From a virus: a stretch of 64,000 nucleotides of DNA. Below are positions 1 through 8,702 of this stretch, in pieces; position 1 is the stretch's first letter, and every line of letters begins with the position of its first letter. The position numbers and the translations under genes were made by a program. The stretch lies in IMG/VR virus record IMGVR_UViG_3300014202_001065. One strand, 5' to 3'. The notes below the pieces were generated by a model. The model was not told the DNA's origin, searched no databases, and saw only the letters and a list, made by a program, of their open reading frames with translations.

Positions 1-72
1 GTACCAGGGGATCAGGTCATCCTTTCCGATGGCCATATTCCGGCTGATAGCCGCAATGATTATGATCTGCAT
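1..72 (-). CDS. folA: Dihydrofolate reductase, 5' end only (runs off the window)
   Basis: Manual translation from ATG at 72 gives MQIIIIAAISRNMAIGKDDLIPWY, which matches the DHFR N-terminal pattern IAA..n..IG....PW. Not in the ORF track. Confidence 0.75.
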   Translation of the reverse strand, partial: MQIIIIAAISRNMAIGKDDLIPWY

Positions 73-1169
73 GATAAACCTATGGCGTGAAGGTGCTTTT
101 TCAAGTGAGAGCCGATCCACCGCATAGCATAAACAGACATTGAGTTTCCAATCATTTTGTACCGAGCAGAATCAGACATAGGCTTTCCCTTGTGGGGCAC
201 CAGCGTGTGGTTATCAGGCATGCCCTGGAGCCGCTCACCTTCTATGGGTGTTATGCGCCGCACTCGGCCGTCAGGCATCACGACTAGGTCCGTGGCGTCT
301 TTGTAGTCACGGGCTTTAAGCGTCGAGGCTACTTGTCCGTCCCCGTACTGCCCAAAGCCGAGCATGTCAAAAGCGCGTGGCGTAGCTGGTCCGGGATGCT
401 CTGGCGGCCGGTATTCAGGCCCCGGTTCAGCAAACCTGCTGCACCCCGCGGGCTCAAATAAAACTTCGAGGGGATCGAATCCGTCTGCAGCACTTGCCAC
501 AACGAAGACCCTACGACGGCGTTGGGGGCTTCCGAAATATTTAGCATCGAGCACCCGCCACGCAAGGCTACGCTTTGGCCCAACAACATAACCAACGGTT
601 GGCCATCTGGGGTAGTGCTGTCCAGTGTCGTCATCCCAGCCCCAAAACTTACCGGTTTTTCCAATGATGGGTTTGTCATCGTTGGGGTATAACTCGTACC
701 CGCAGGTGAGGGCTCCGATGAAATTGCCGAAGGCATTATCCTTGGTGTTGAGGCATCCAACGACGTTCTCCCACCAGAGGGTACAAGGGGTTTTCCTATG
801 ATGATCAATTTCGTCACCTATTTCTACGAAGGTTTTTGTGAGTAGACCTCGTGGGTCCGCCAGTCCGCCACGCAGGCCGGCGATGCTGAAAGCCTGACAC
901 GGCGTTCCACCTACGAGAATATCAGGGGCCTCAATGGCTCCGGATCTAAGTAACCCAGGTATGGCCGTCATGTCGCCGAGATTGCGCACCTGAGGCCAGT
1001 GGTGAGCAAGCACGCTGCTAGGCTCATCGGCCATTTCACTGAACCATGCAGCCGTGTAACCCAGACCCTCACAGGCCAATGACATAGCCTCTACACCGGA
1101 GCAGACGCTGCCAAAGCGCAGACCATCGGCCGCGGGTGGGCGAGGGGTTTGATTTCCTATAGTAATCAT
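60..1169 (-). CDS. DNA (cytosine-5)-methyltransferase
   Basis: Motif I FGSVCSG, catalytic GGTPCQAFS, WENV, QRRRRVF and IGNS. Target specificity unknown. Confidence 0.95.
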   Translation of the reverse strand: MITIGNQTPRPPAADGLRFGSVCSGVEAMSLACEGLGYTAAWFSEMADEPSSVLAHHWPQVRNLGDMTAIPGLLRSGAIEAPDILVGGTPCQAFSIAGLRGGLADPRGLLTKTFVEIGDEIDHHRKTPCTLWWENVVGCLNTKDNAFGNFIGALTCGYELYPNDDKPIIGKTGKFWGWDDDTGQHYPRWPTVGYVVGPKRSLAWRVLDAKYFGSPQRRRRVFVVASAADGFDPLEVLFEPAGCSRFAEPGPEYRPPEHPGPATPRAFDMLGFGQYGDGQVASTLKARDYKDATDLVVMPDGRVRRITPIEGERLQGMPDNHTLVPHKGKPMSDSARYKMIGNSMSVYAMRWIGSHLKKHLHAIGLSCRS

Positions 1170-1179
1170 CAGTCCTCCG

Positions 1180-1509
1180 TCAGTACAGTTGGCGTGGTTT
1201 GCCAGCGTTCACCCAGAAGGCCTCAGCCATTTTAATGGCATCAGGGTCCTTGGGATCTTCAATATAAATCGGGACGCGGCAGCCATTCGACATAGCCACC
1301 ATGGTCAGCTCGAATGTCAACGGTGCGCAGGTCTGCCGCTTCAGGTAGGTATCTTCGCGCAATTTAGCACGGCTGGGGTATGGCTCCGACACGAAGCGCT
1401 GGATCTGCTTGGGCAAGCCACTCACGAAACAGCGCTTCACCCTTACCGTCTCGAGCTGACCCTTTACCGCCACCGGTAGCCAGACAAACTCGTCTTGATC
1501 TTGGATCAT
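1180..1509 (-). CDS. Hypothetical protein
   Basis: 109-aa ORF packed in the leftward operon, with a 4-nt overlap with the upstream gene. Confidence 0.7.
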   Translation of the reverse strand: MIQDQDEFVWLPVAVKGQLETVRVKRCFVSGLPKQIQRFVSEPYPSRAKLREDTYLKRQTCAPLTFELTMVAMSNGCRVPIYIEDPKDPDAIKMAEAFWVNAGKPRQLY

Positions 1510-1865
1510 TTGTAGATCTCCAGGGTTTTCAGCAGGGCCTCGTAGGCCTCACCCATGGCCCGCTCCATTTCCATTAGTTGGTGCACGTCGATGCGACGAG
1601 GGTCTGCCGCGGGGCGCAAATCGCAAAGGGTTTTGTGCACGGCGCCGCTATAGGCATGCAATGCCTCAGCGATGTCACCGGTGATATGGTCCTGTAGTTC
1701 GTCCATCACTATCGAGCGCAAGCTGCGATGGCCATCATCCCTACGATGTCTCAGAAACGCACGGTACTCGGCGCCCAGTGTGATAGAAACCCTACATGAA
1801 GATGTGCCATCGTCATGGTCTTCAACCTCGAATTTCAGGCTATCAATAGGTATTTTGTCACGCAT
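1506..1865 (-). CDS. Hypothetical protein
   Basis: Start moved to ATG 1865 (MRDKIP), which has SD GGAG upstream. Confidence 0.7.
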   Translation of the reverse strand: MRDKIPIDSLKFEVEDHDDGTSSCRVSITLGAEYRAFLRHRRDDGHRSLRSIVMDELQDHITGDIAEALHAYSGAVHKTLCDLRPAADPRRIDVHQLMEMERAMGEAYEALLKTLEIYK

Positions 1866-1932
1866 GGTGGTTCTCCAATAAAAAGCGGCCGGCCTGGGTA
1901 GCGACACACGGGGCCAGCCGCACAAAACGGGG

Positions 1933-2259
1933 TCAGTGATTGAACCACGTGAAGTGTTTGTCCTCGAAGGCCTCTATGTCTGCAGCCAGCTTAGCCAGCT
2001 GTTTCTGCTCGATGGAGAATTCGGGTATGGGTTTCTCCAGCAGCTCCTCCAGCTGCCGCAGGGCCTTGTGGTACTCGTCCATGGTCTTGATTGCCAGGTC
2101 ACCCTTTACTGGCCCTGCAACATCCTTGGCCAGGTCTTTAAGATCTGGGTCATCCTTCGCAGAGCTGAAGACGAAGCAGGCAATGGCCACGATAAGCATC
2201 AGGCCGCCGAACGCAATCAGAAGCACTATAGAGCCAGAGTAGAGGTCGATCGGTTGCAT
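1933..2259 (-). CDS. Membrane-anchored protein with a HigA-antitoxin-like C-terminal helical segment
   Basis: ATG 2259 with SD AGGAG; N-terminal TM helix; C-terminus IKTMDEYHKALRQLEELL...LAADIEAFEDKHF. Confidence 0.7.
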   Translation of the reverse strand: MQPIDLYSGSIVLLIAFGGLMLIVAIACFVFSSAKDDPDLKDLAKDVAGPVKGDLAIKTMDEYHKALRQLEELLEKPIPEFSIEQKQLAKLAADIEAFEDKHFTWFNH

Positions 2260-2260
2260 G

Positions 2261-2599
2261 TTAACTCCTTCTGCCCTGCGCCTTGCTGCGAACGGGGCCA
2301 TTGTTGTAATTGCTAAGTTGCCACAGACTGACAATCCTTCCAGTATCAGGGCCCATCAGCACCTCAAAGTAGGGTCTCAGGGCTCGTGCCTCATAGCGAA
2401 AGACCTTGAGCTTAACCAGCGCCTGCGCTATGGCGTAACGGCTCCGCCGGTGTTTGCTGGCCAAGGTGTGAAGCACAACAGCCGCCAGATAATCCGCCTT
2501 GAGACTGTTCTTCTCGAACGCCGTCCAGCGGTGGCCCGCTCTGGCAGGTAAATCGGGGGCTACACGGCACAACCGGTACCACTGCGACCGGATGCTCAT
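2261..2599 (-). CDS. Hypothetical protein
   Basis: 112-aa ORF, tightly packed between its neighbours. Confidence 0.6.
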   Translation of the reverse strand: MSIRSQWYRLCRVAPDLPARAGHRWTAFEKNSLKADYLAAVVLHTLASKHRRSRYAIAQALVKLKVFRYEARALRPYFEVLMGPDTGRIVSLWQLSNYNNGPVRSKAQGRRS

Positions 2600-2601
2600 G
2601 A

Positions 2602-2928
2602 TTAAGCCTCGCTCACTTTCACATGGCGACGTCGTGCACCCAGTGACATTTCATCAACCAGGGCATCCATGCGGCACTTGATCTCGTCAACCTGTCGCAT
2701 CAGCTTGGTGCGGTCCTCAGCCAGTTTGCTGTGCAGTGCGGATAGGGCCGCATCCTTGCTGCTCAGCACGCCTGAGAGCAGGCGCATATCGCGCTGACCG
2801 TAAGGGATGCCACTGGCGTCTACGGGGCGAACGTAGCAAAGGATGGGGTCTTTGTGGGGCGTGACCTGGACCTCAATAACCTGATCGTTCTTGACGATGA
2901 ATGCCCGGATCTCTTCGTTGCAGCTCAT
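2602..2928 (-). CDS. Hypothetical protein
   Basis: ATG 2928 (MSCNEE) with SD CAGGAG; C-terminal coiled coil. Confidence 0.7.
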   Translation of the reverse strand: MSCNEEIRAFIVKNDQVIEVQVTPHKDPILCYVRPVDASGIPYGQRDMRLLSGVLSSKDAALSALHSKLAEDRTKLMRQVDEIKCRMDALVDEMSLGARRRHVKVSEA

Positions 2929-2956
2929 GGTGGTGATCTCCTGTTGGGATGTGGCC

Positions 2957-2999
2957 AGCGTAACAGCACCGGCCAAGCAGGTCTGAGAGGCCTGTCACA
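2957..2999 (-). promoter_or_regulatory. Class II CRP-like promoter
   Basis: Box 2984-2999 (minus strand TGTGA-CAGGCC-TCTCA), 21-nt gap, then extended -10 TG-T-TACGCT (plus 2957-2965). Confidence 0.7.
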
Positions 3000-3006
3000 G
3001 ATCTGG

Positions 3007-3732
3007 CTATTTACCTATGTCGCCCAGGTCGCCGAGCTCTACGCTATCGAACTGCTGGGGGTTCTCGTCAGGTTCAACCAGCCACATACCTACGCCTGGC
3101 GCCTTCTCGACAGCAGCCATATCCCAGCCGACCCAGACGCTCGGTACGGCTGATCCGCTGGACCCGGCAGGCCCGCGCCCGATACCCTTGCCCTCCTCGT
3201 TGACCAGATGCTCACGGATGTCAGCCGCTGGACGGATCATAGACCGGTTGAAGTCTTCCAGCGTGCGGACGTAGAAGGTCTGGTCTTTGCTTGTGCTCTG
3301 GTACAGGGCCAGGCGCACGCCAAACAGTGATCCAGCACCTTTGGCGAAGCCTTTGGCTATATAACCCCCGCCCTTCTTGACATGAGAGTGGAAGCCCATG
3401 GGCCCTTCACCATTCAGGTCATCGAGCGCCCTGCCCAGGAGAGGGTACTCACCCGGCCCATTGGCCAGTGGTGCCGCTTCTCGCCGCAGGCTATGGATCA
3501 CCACGTAGCCGTCGAACCGGATCTCCACGCAGCCCACAGGCTGGTTGTCCAACAGCACCGGGGTGGCATACTCCTGGCCGCCAGCAGCCAAGGCATCCTG
3601 CATGCGCTGCAGTTGTTTGATAAGGGTGGCCAGGTCCAGGCCTATCAGCTGGCGGGATCCGGCGTCGCCACCAATGGGGTCACCTTCATTGTTCTGCTCG
3701 AGGACTTTGCGCTCATACTCTTCGCGATTCAT
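3007..3732 (-). CDS. Hypothetical protein with a DUF1653-like segment
   Basis: HVKKGGGY...LALYQS...FYVRTLEDF resembles the DUF1653 pattern. Confidence 0.65.
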   Translation of the reverse strand: MNREEYERKVLEQNNEGDPIGGDAGSRQLIGLDLATLIKQLQRMQDALAAGGQEYATPVLLDNQPVGCVEIRFDGYVVIHSLRREAAPLANGPGEYPLLGRALDDLNGEGPMGFHSHVKKGGGYIAKGFAKGAGSLFGVRLALYQSTSKDQTFYVRTLEDFNRSMIRPAADIREHLVNEEGKGIGRGPAGSSGSAVPSVWVGWDMAAVEKAPGVGMWLVEPDENPQQFDSVELGDLGDIGK

Positions 3733-3743
3733 AGGACCATCCT

Positions 3744-4187
3744 TCAGTAGGTTTTTTCAGAGGTCAGGTCGTTGACATGATCCCAGCGGGCCCGTTCCAA
3801 TACGTTCAGCTCGAAGACCGGTTTGTCCACGAGCACGGTATCGTACTTGAGCAGGGCGCCTTCGTATTCGGTCAGCAGGTGGCGGGCATGCGAGACTCGG
3901 TGCTGCAGCAGCTCGCGGTAGAACGCAACAGCCTTGTGCTCGTCAGCGAAAAGCCAGCAGCTGCCCTTGCCATGCCAGTGGTAGTCCTGCCAGCGCACTG
4001 GGGTAGTGCCTCGCTTATTGATGGCCGCCACCTGAATAAAGCCATGCTCGGTGATCTTGGTGACCATGATGGGTTTGAGCTGGACCTCAGCCAGTGGACG
4101 AGTTTGGCCAGGGTCATAGACTATGAACATGACTTTGGCCCTGTCGAATATTTCGGGGGCCGGTCTTTGGTAGTGTTCAGATATCAC
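3744..4187 (-). CDS. Hypothetical protein
   Basis: GTG start with SD AGGAGG; 147 aa. Confidence 0.7.
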   Translation of the reverse strand: MISEHYQRPAPEIFDRAKVMFIVYDPGQTRPLAEVQLKPIMVTKITEHGFIQVAAINKRGTTPVRWQDYHWHGKGSCWLFADEHKAVAFYRELLQHRVSHARHLLTEYEGALLKYDTVLVDKPVFELNVLERARWDHVNDLTSEKTY

Positions 4188-4220
4188 TGTGATTCCTCCT
4201 TGCCATCAAGGGACCCTCGC

Positions 4221-4895
4221 TCACGATTCTTGCGCGGTGAGATCTACAGGGTCGATGTTATCCACAACGAAAAACTTGTCGTGCGGCTTGTACTGGGGGT
4301 GGCGGTTGAAGAAGTTCTGCATGACGATTGCCAACTCTGCATCCAGCTGGGTGCGGTGGGAAACATCCACATGCTTCAGTTCAAGCCACTCTGCATTGTC
4401 GGCATGCTCACCAGCTTCGCTGTTGCTGGCATGCTCTCGCATTACCCCCAGGACATCCTCTGCGGTGGGGAAGAACTGGCGCTCGTGCTGGCGCACTACG
4501 GTGCCGATATAGCAGGGGCTATTGCTGTCTGGCACCTGATCGTCGTAGGCGTAGTGCCACCTGGCCGCTTCCAGTGCTTCATCCATCGTCGGGTAAATGT
4601 CGCCGAGGGTGAAAAGCTCCTCGTTGTCAGCCCAGACGAACTCCTGTAGCTCGGGTACGGCCCCCGTCTGGCCATGGCCTTCGGCCAGCCACTGGCGCTC
4701 GGTGGCAGCCAGCGTCTCAACATAGTGCGGAGCTGACGCTGGTACGACAATGCATTCTACCAGTGCCTTCTGCTGGCCATTTTTTTGCAGCTGATCGGCC
4801 AAGCCTTGAAGTATATTTTCTTGGCCGTTGGTCAGGTGTTTGCGCTTGAACACCCAGTAGCGGGGCTCCAGTTGAAAGGGTTTCTTGTCGGTCAT
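4221..4895 (-). CDS. Hypothetical protein
   Basis: 224-aa ORF with a 4-nt overlap with the upstream gene. Confidence 0.75.
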   Translation of the reverse strand: MTDKKPFQLEPRYWVFKRKHLTNGQENILQGLADQLQKNGQQKALVECIVVPASAPHYVETLAATERQWLAEGHGQTGAVPELQEFVWADNEELFTLGDIYPTMDEALEAARWHYAYDDQVPDSNSPCYIGTVVRQHERQFFPTAEDVLGVMREHASNSEAGEHADNAEWLELKHVDVSHRTQLDAELAIVMQNFFNRHPQYKPHDKFFVVDNIDPVDLTAQES

Positions 4896-5185
4896 TTGCC
4901 TGTCTCCAGTGCTTCTACTTTGTCAATCATGATGCTGATGCAGTCAATCTTGCACTCAGCATCCTCTTTGGCTTGCTGCGCCAGCCGGCGTTCATCCTGC
5001 AGCCGCGCCACCTTCAGCGCCACGGCCTCTGCTTTGGTGGAAGCCAGGCTGCGGGTGGTGTAATTAGTGCCGGTAGTTGAGGTGCTGAACGGCGGCGCCT
5101 CTATGCAGATATCAACCTCGCGCAGTTTGCCCTTGCCGTTTACGAAGTAGCGCTTCACCGGCGGGTCGTAGATAAGGTTAGTCAT
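4892..5185 (-). CDS. Hypothetical protein (first gene of the leftward operon)
   Basis: ATG 5185 (MTNLIYD) with SD AGGAG. An in-frame upstream ATG also exists at 5347. Confidence 0.65.
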   Translation of the reverse strand: MTNLIYDPPVKRYFVNGKGKLREVDICIEAPPFSTSTTGTNYTTRSLASTKAEAVALKVARLQDERRLAQQAKEDAECKIDCISIMIDKVEALETGK

Positions 5186-5213
5186 GGCGTACTCCTGTTG
5201 CTGTGAAATAAAA

Positions 5214-5343
5214 CGGGGCCAGCACCTGCGACGTGGCATCGGTTCAGGGCCCTGCATAGCCCACGCTACCTCCCTGTCACCCTTTCGACACCGCAAGCGC
5301 AGCTCCCCGAACCACCCCGGGCTGGCTTCAAGCGCCGGCCCCG
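5214..5343 (-). ncRNA. Candidate structured leader or ncRNA
   Basis: 12-bp terminal stem CGGGGCCGGCGC/GUGCUGGCCCCG, nested 9-bp stem GGUUCGGGG/CCCUGAACC and inner hairpins, followed by UUUUAUUU. G-U pairs form only on the minus strand. Confidence 0.5.
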
Positions 5344-5399
5344 ACATGGGGTGGTTGTGTTCATCCTGTCGTCCGTCCTATTGGTCGGCAGATGACGTC

Positions 5400-5469
5400 A
5401 ATGTATCTGATTACCATAGACAGATCTGAGACGCCGATCACAGAACAGCAGAACGGTTTCCACTACGCT
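5400..5469. promoter_or_regulatory. Bidirectional class II CRP-like promoter
   Basis: Box TGAGA-CGCCGA-TCACA at 5427-5442. Plus-strand -10 TACGCT at 5464-5469 and minus-strand -10 TACATT (plus 5400-5405), each 21 nt from the box. Confidence 0.75.
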
Positions 5470-5497
5470 GGCAACACCTATAAAGGAGAACCCCATT

Positions 5498-6043
5498 ATG
5501 TATTTCACCGTTGGACGGAAAAGCCGGTTCAGACCCGGGGATATCATCATCATGCCGCGGACCAAGGTGCGGGTGGAGGTGCACGGTTATGGCGACCGCT
5601 TCTCTGCGGAACCAGGCAATGCTGAGGGCTTCACCGTGATCCATCTGGCGTGTTCAGCCGGAAGCCACTACCCACAACTGACAATGATGGATGCCGACAG
5701 TGATAAGGATTGCGTGGTGGCCATATTCAAGCTGATCCGCAGAGAGGAGACCCTTGGTGGGGCTGTTGATTGCCGGCAATGGCCGGGGGCTATTCGCAGA
5801 CTCCAACTGGACGAGGCCGACGTTAAGATCGGGGGTCGGTACCGCATAAACTCCGATGTTGGTGGCTATGGTATCAAAGTCACGATACACCACGGGGATC
5901 ATGAGGACTCTTTCCAGATAGAGCGTCCACCTCATGACGGCCCACATCAGAATACTTGGCGAAGAAACTACGACATGGCCACGCTACTCAGGGTCCTGAA
6001 TGACGCGAACCCTAAACCCGTAACCCGTGCGGCTAGTGCATAG
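5498..6043 (+). CDS. Hypothetical protein
   Basis: SD AAGGAG before ATG; lies directly downstream of the predicted promoter. Confidence 0.75.
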   Translation: MYFTVGRKSRFRPGDIIIMPRTKVRVEVHGYGDRFSAEPGNAEGFTVIHLACSAGSHYPQLTMMDADSDKDCVVAIFKLIRREETLGGAVDCRQWPGAIRRLQLDEADVKIGGRYRINSDVGGYGIKVTIHHGDHEDSFQIERPPHDGPHQNTWRRNYDMATLLRVLNDANPKPVTRAASA

Positions 6044-6114
6044 GTATTTATTGTGGTTTATACTCAGCAGGGCCCCCCCTTTTTAACATCAAGCAGCGCG
6101 AGCAGAGGTGACCC

Positions 6115-6456
6115 ATGTCCCAGTATTACAACACCGTCGGACCAAAAATTTATGAGTTTGCCACTGACCCCAGTTTCAGCATTGCTGCGATCCCAGACTT
6201 CCCGCACACATTCCTTGGCGTGATACCCTGCGATGCCGACGGTGACTACGTAGCTGCTGGTGCAGGATCAGTGGCCCTTCAGGTGGAAACTGTAAACTGC
6301 CCTGGTGTGCAGCAGCTCCCGGCTGAGAACACGATCAATCTGGTGGAGCCGACTGATGTGTCCTTTGGCGGCAATCTGATTGCCATTCACGGGATCGTGA
6401 CGGGTTTGACCGTGGCCACCCATTACAGGGTTCACGTTTCACAAAACGTAGCCTAA
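6115..6456 (+). CDS. Hypothetical beta-rich protein (possibly virion-associated)
   Basis: SD GAGGTG; composition is rich in G, A, V, T and N with a beta-strand pattern. Confidence 0.7.
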   Translation: MSQYYNTVGPKIYEFATDPSFSIAAIPDFPHTFLGVIPCDADGDYVAAGAGSVALQVETVNCPGVQQLPAENTINLVEPTDVSFGGNLIAIHGIVTGLTVATHYRVHVSQNVA

Positions 6457-6473
6457 GGTTGTGGAGGTTTATC

Positions 6474-6995
6474 ATGGTCGGATCTGCCTATGCTCAGAGT
6501 ACGATACAGCCTTACACGCCAGATGTGGGCACCCAGATACGGCGAATGGCCCAGGTGTCCAATGCCGCCAACAGTACCGTTACAGTGGGTGGCACCCCTT
6601 CAGTGTTGCCGTTGAATGCCGATGGTGCCAATAACAAGGCGTATAACAACCCCTCTGGTTTTGGCTCTGTTGACCTGACTAATAACTGGTTTGATATACG
6701 GTTTCTGCACCTCCGAGCCGATATGCGTTTCCGGGTTACGGTGGGCAACAATGCGGGGGCCGGCCAGATAAACGGGGCCAATATCATCGTAAGGCTGATA
6801 CCCGACGTGGGGAACCCGGGGGTTTATATCGATGCGCCAAGCTCTGATGTGAACTTCAAAGGCCAGGCCCAGTTTCAAGTAAACGCTTATGCCGATGGTG
6901 TTGAGGCTGTGCAGATTTGCACCCAGACAGCGAATGCCCAAGATATCCGGACATACGGGATCTACATGTCTGTTGACGATATGGTGAATTTATAA
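6474..6995 (+). CDS. Hypothetical beta-rich protein (possibly virion-associated)
   Basis: ATG 6474 with SD GGAGG; followed by a terminator. Confidence 0.7.
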   Translation: MVGSAYAQSTIQPYTPDVGTQIRRMAQVSNAANSTVTVGGTPSVLPLNADGANNKAYNNPSGFGSVDLTNNWFDIRFLHLRADMRFRVTVGNNAGAGQINGANIIVRLIPDVGNPGVYIDAPSSDVNFKGQAQFQVNAYADGVEAVQICTQTANAQDIRTYGIYMSVDDMVNL

Positions 6996-7000
6996 ACCAG

Positions 7001-7020
7001 AGGCCCTTCGGGGCCTTTTC
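7001..7020 (+). terminator. Rho-independent terminator
   Basis: AGGCCC-TTCG-GGGCCT-TTTC. Confidence 0.75.
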
Positions 7021-7026
7021 TCTTTC

Positions 7027-7069
7027 TGGGATCTCCTTCACAGAAAATCGGGGCCGCGGCTGGTACAGT
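7027..7069 (+). promoter_or_regulatory. Class II CRP-like promoter
   Basis: TGGGA-TCTCCT-TCACA at 7027-7042, 21-nt gap, TG-G-TACAGT at 7061-7069. Confidence 0.7.
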
Positions 7070-7099
7070 TCGTTCATCATCTGAAAGGGGAAAAAGACC

Positions 7100-8176
7100 A
7101 TGTGCATTGACAGTCAAGGGCATGTGCTGGGTAAAGGCGACGCCGTAACTCTTACAGCCGACTATATAGCCGCAAACCCTATGCTCACCAGCAGCGGTGT
7201 TCATGACCTTGTGTGGTTTGAGATCAGCGGTATAACCAACCATTCTGAGTGCGTGCTGGTTGCCGCCAGCCCTGCGTCTGCACAGGCCATGTCTTCTACA
7301 GGCTTAATCAGCATCACTGTGGACGCAAAGATGACGACGTACAGCCCAACGGGTTCTGCCTGGTTGGCTTCGACTAAAAGCCAAACTGCGAGCACCGCTC
7401 CTCAGATTTTGTCAGCCAACCAGTATCCGCTACGGAGCGGTGACATCGTACAATTAACCGGCAAATCTTTGCATAGTTGGGGGACCTACAACAATATCAA
7501 GGCCGGCGACGAGTTTGTTTGTACGCTGACAGGTTTGAATCACCCTTCTGGGTGCGAGCTTTGGCTGGATGCCATTGATGCAACTCTCGCTGCCAGCCTG
7601 AATACTAACGGGGTAGTCCCGCTTTATTGCGATGCACGCGAAGTTAATTTTGTACGAAAGGGTGCATTGTCGATGGCGCTGCAGAGAGCACAGCCTGCAC
7701 CGCCTCCGCCTCCGCCTCCGGTACCCGTACCGCCTAAAGCTGTGCTTAGCCAGCAGCCAGGCATCCTGCATCAGGATTATGCTGGTGACAACATCGTGGC
7801 CGGCGATATTGTCACATTGATACCCACCGCCTACAGCTACTTCGGGTTGCAGGCCCCGGTGCAGCCCAACTCTGAATACCGGATCAGGGCCATTGATCAG
7901 TACGGGTTGGTAGAGCTGGAGGCCGTAGACCTTGCAGTGGACGCCGAAGTTTATATACAGCTGGGGCGGCATTTAATTTTTACCCAGACTGGGGGCGTGC
8001 TATTGGCGGCCACGCAGCCTGTGCGTAGTCTGGCTACCCCGTATCAACCGGTGCTGGCCCCACCGCCGGAGCCGGAAACCGGCGAGAAGAAGACTTTTGA
8101 TCACGCCTCGCTGGGTACTGACCTGACAGGGGATGAATTGATGGAATCCATCCGCGCTATCTGCGGCGGCCGCTGA
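7100..8176 (+). CDS. Hypothetical protein with three GD-x-V-x-L repeat domains and a polyproline linker
   Basis: Repeats begin GDAVTL, GDIVQL and GDIVTL; PAPPPPPPPVPVPP linker. Confidence 0.8.
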   Translation: MCIDSQGHVLGKGDAVTLTADYIAANPMLTSSGVHDLVWFEISGITNHSECVLVAASPASAQAMSSTGLISITVDAKMTTYSPTGSAWLASTKSQTASTAPQILSANQYPLRSGDIVQLTGKSLHSWGTYNNIKAGDEFVCTLTGLNHPSGCELWLDAIDATLAASLNTNGVVPLYCDAREVNFVRKGALSMALQRAQPAPPPPPPPVPVPPKAVLSQQPGILHQDYAGDNIVAGDIVTLIPTAYSYFGLQAPVQPNSEYRIRAIDQYGLVELEAVDLAVDAEVYIQLGRHLIFTQTGGVLLAATQPVRSLATPYQPVLAPPPEPETGEKKTFDHASLGTDLTGDELMESIRAICGGR

Positions 8177-8186
8177 GGAGCTGATC

Positions 8187-8702
8187 ATGACAATGAACCG
8201 CGAGGAGGCCCTGGCCTTCATCACCAAAGTCCTGCCTGTATGGCCTGACGATCTGAGTACCGCCGCGCTGCTGGGCAAGCAGTGCCAGACCACTGGTTGG
8301 TATTTTTCCAGTGACCATAACGGGGATCTGGTCTACAAACAACAACGGGTAGAGAACAGGCGGGGTCTGCCGCTGCCTATCAGCAAGGCCGATTGGTTGA
8401 AGCATACAGCCGAGGTGTATGGCCCTGGTAACGATGGCGAGGTAGAGGGTGACGGGGATTTCGCTGCCATAAACCGGGGAGCCTTGCAGGAAAAGGGTGA
8501 TGGCGAGGAACATCCAGATCAGTTGTTGATCACCGCTGTGGAAGAGGTCTGCAGTGCCAGCCACACCTTCGCCCGCGCAGGGGAGAACCACCCTATGGAT
8601 GAGGACGGGGAGTGGATGTGTCCGCACTGCATGGCACGGGCGCTGTCCCGCATTTATGGGGCGCTGGATGACTATGCCAACGGGGTAGGTGATCCATCAT
8701 GA
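8187..8702 (+). CDS. Hypothetical protein
   Basis: SD GAGGAG; H...CPHC motif near the C-terminus. Confidence 0.7.
   Translation: MTMNREEALAFITKVLPVWPDDLSTAALLGKQCQTTGWYFSSDHNGDLVYKQQRVENRRGLPLPISKADWLKHTAEVYGPGNDGEVEGDGDFAAINRGALQEKGDGEEHPDQLLITAVEEVCSASHTFARAGENHPMDEDGEWMCPHCMARALSRIYGALDDYANGVGDPS

Noticed and set aside
5214-5343. Resemblance to the c-di-GMP-I riboswitch (UCGAAAG, AGGUAGCG, ACCGAUG words)
   Set aside because: The GGCAAAC and GGGACGCAAAG core elements and the P1/P2 order are missing. Kept only as an unnamed structured RNA.
5392-5625. ORF-track 77-aa ORF MTSMYLIT...
   Set aside because: It runs across the bidirectional promoter and overlaps the well-supported 5498 gene, which has its own SD and promoter.
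7700-7740. Tandem CCGCCT repeats
   Set aside because: They simply encode the polyproline linker; unit length is a multiple of 3, with no phase-variation consequence.
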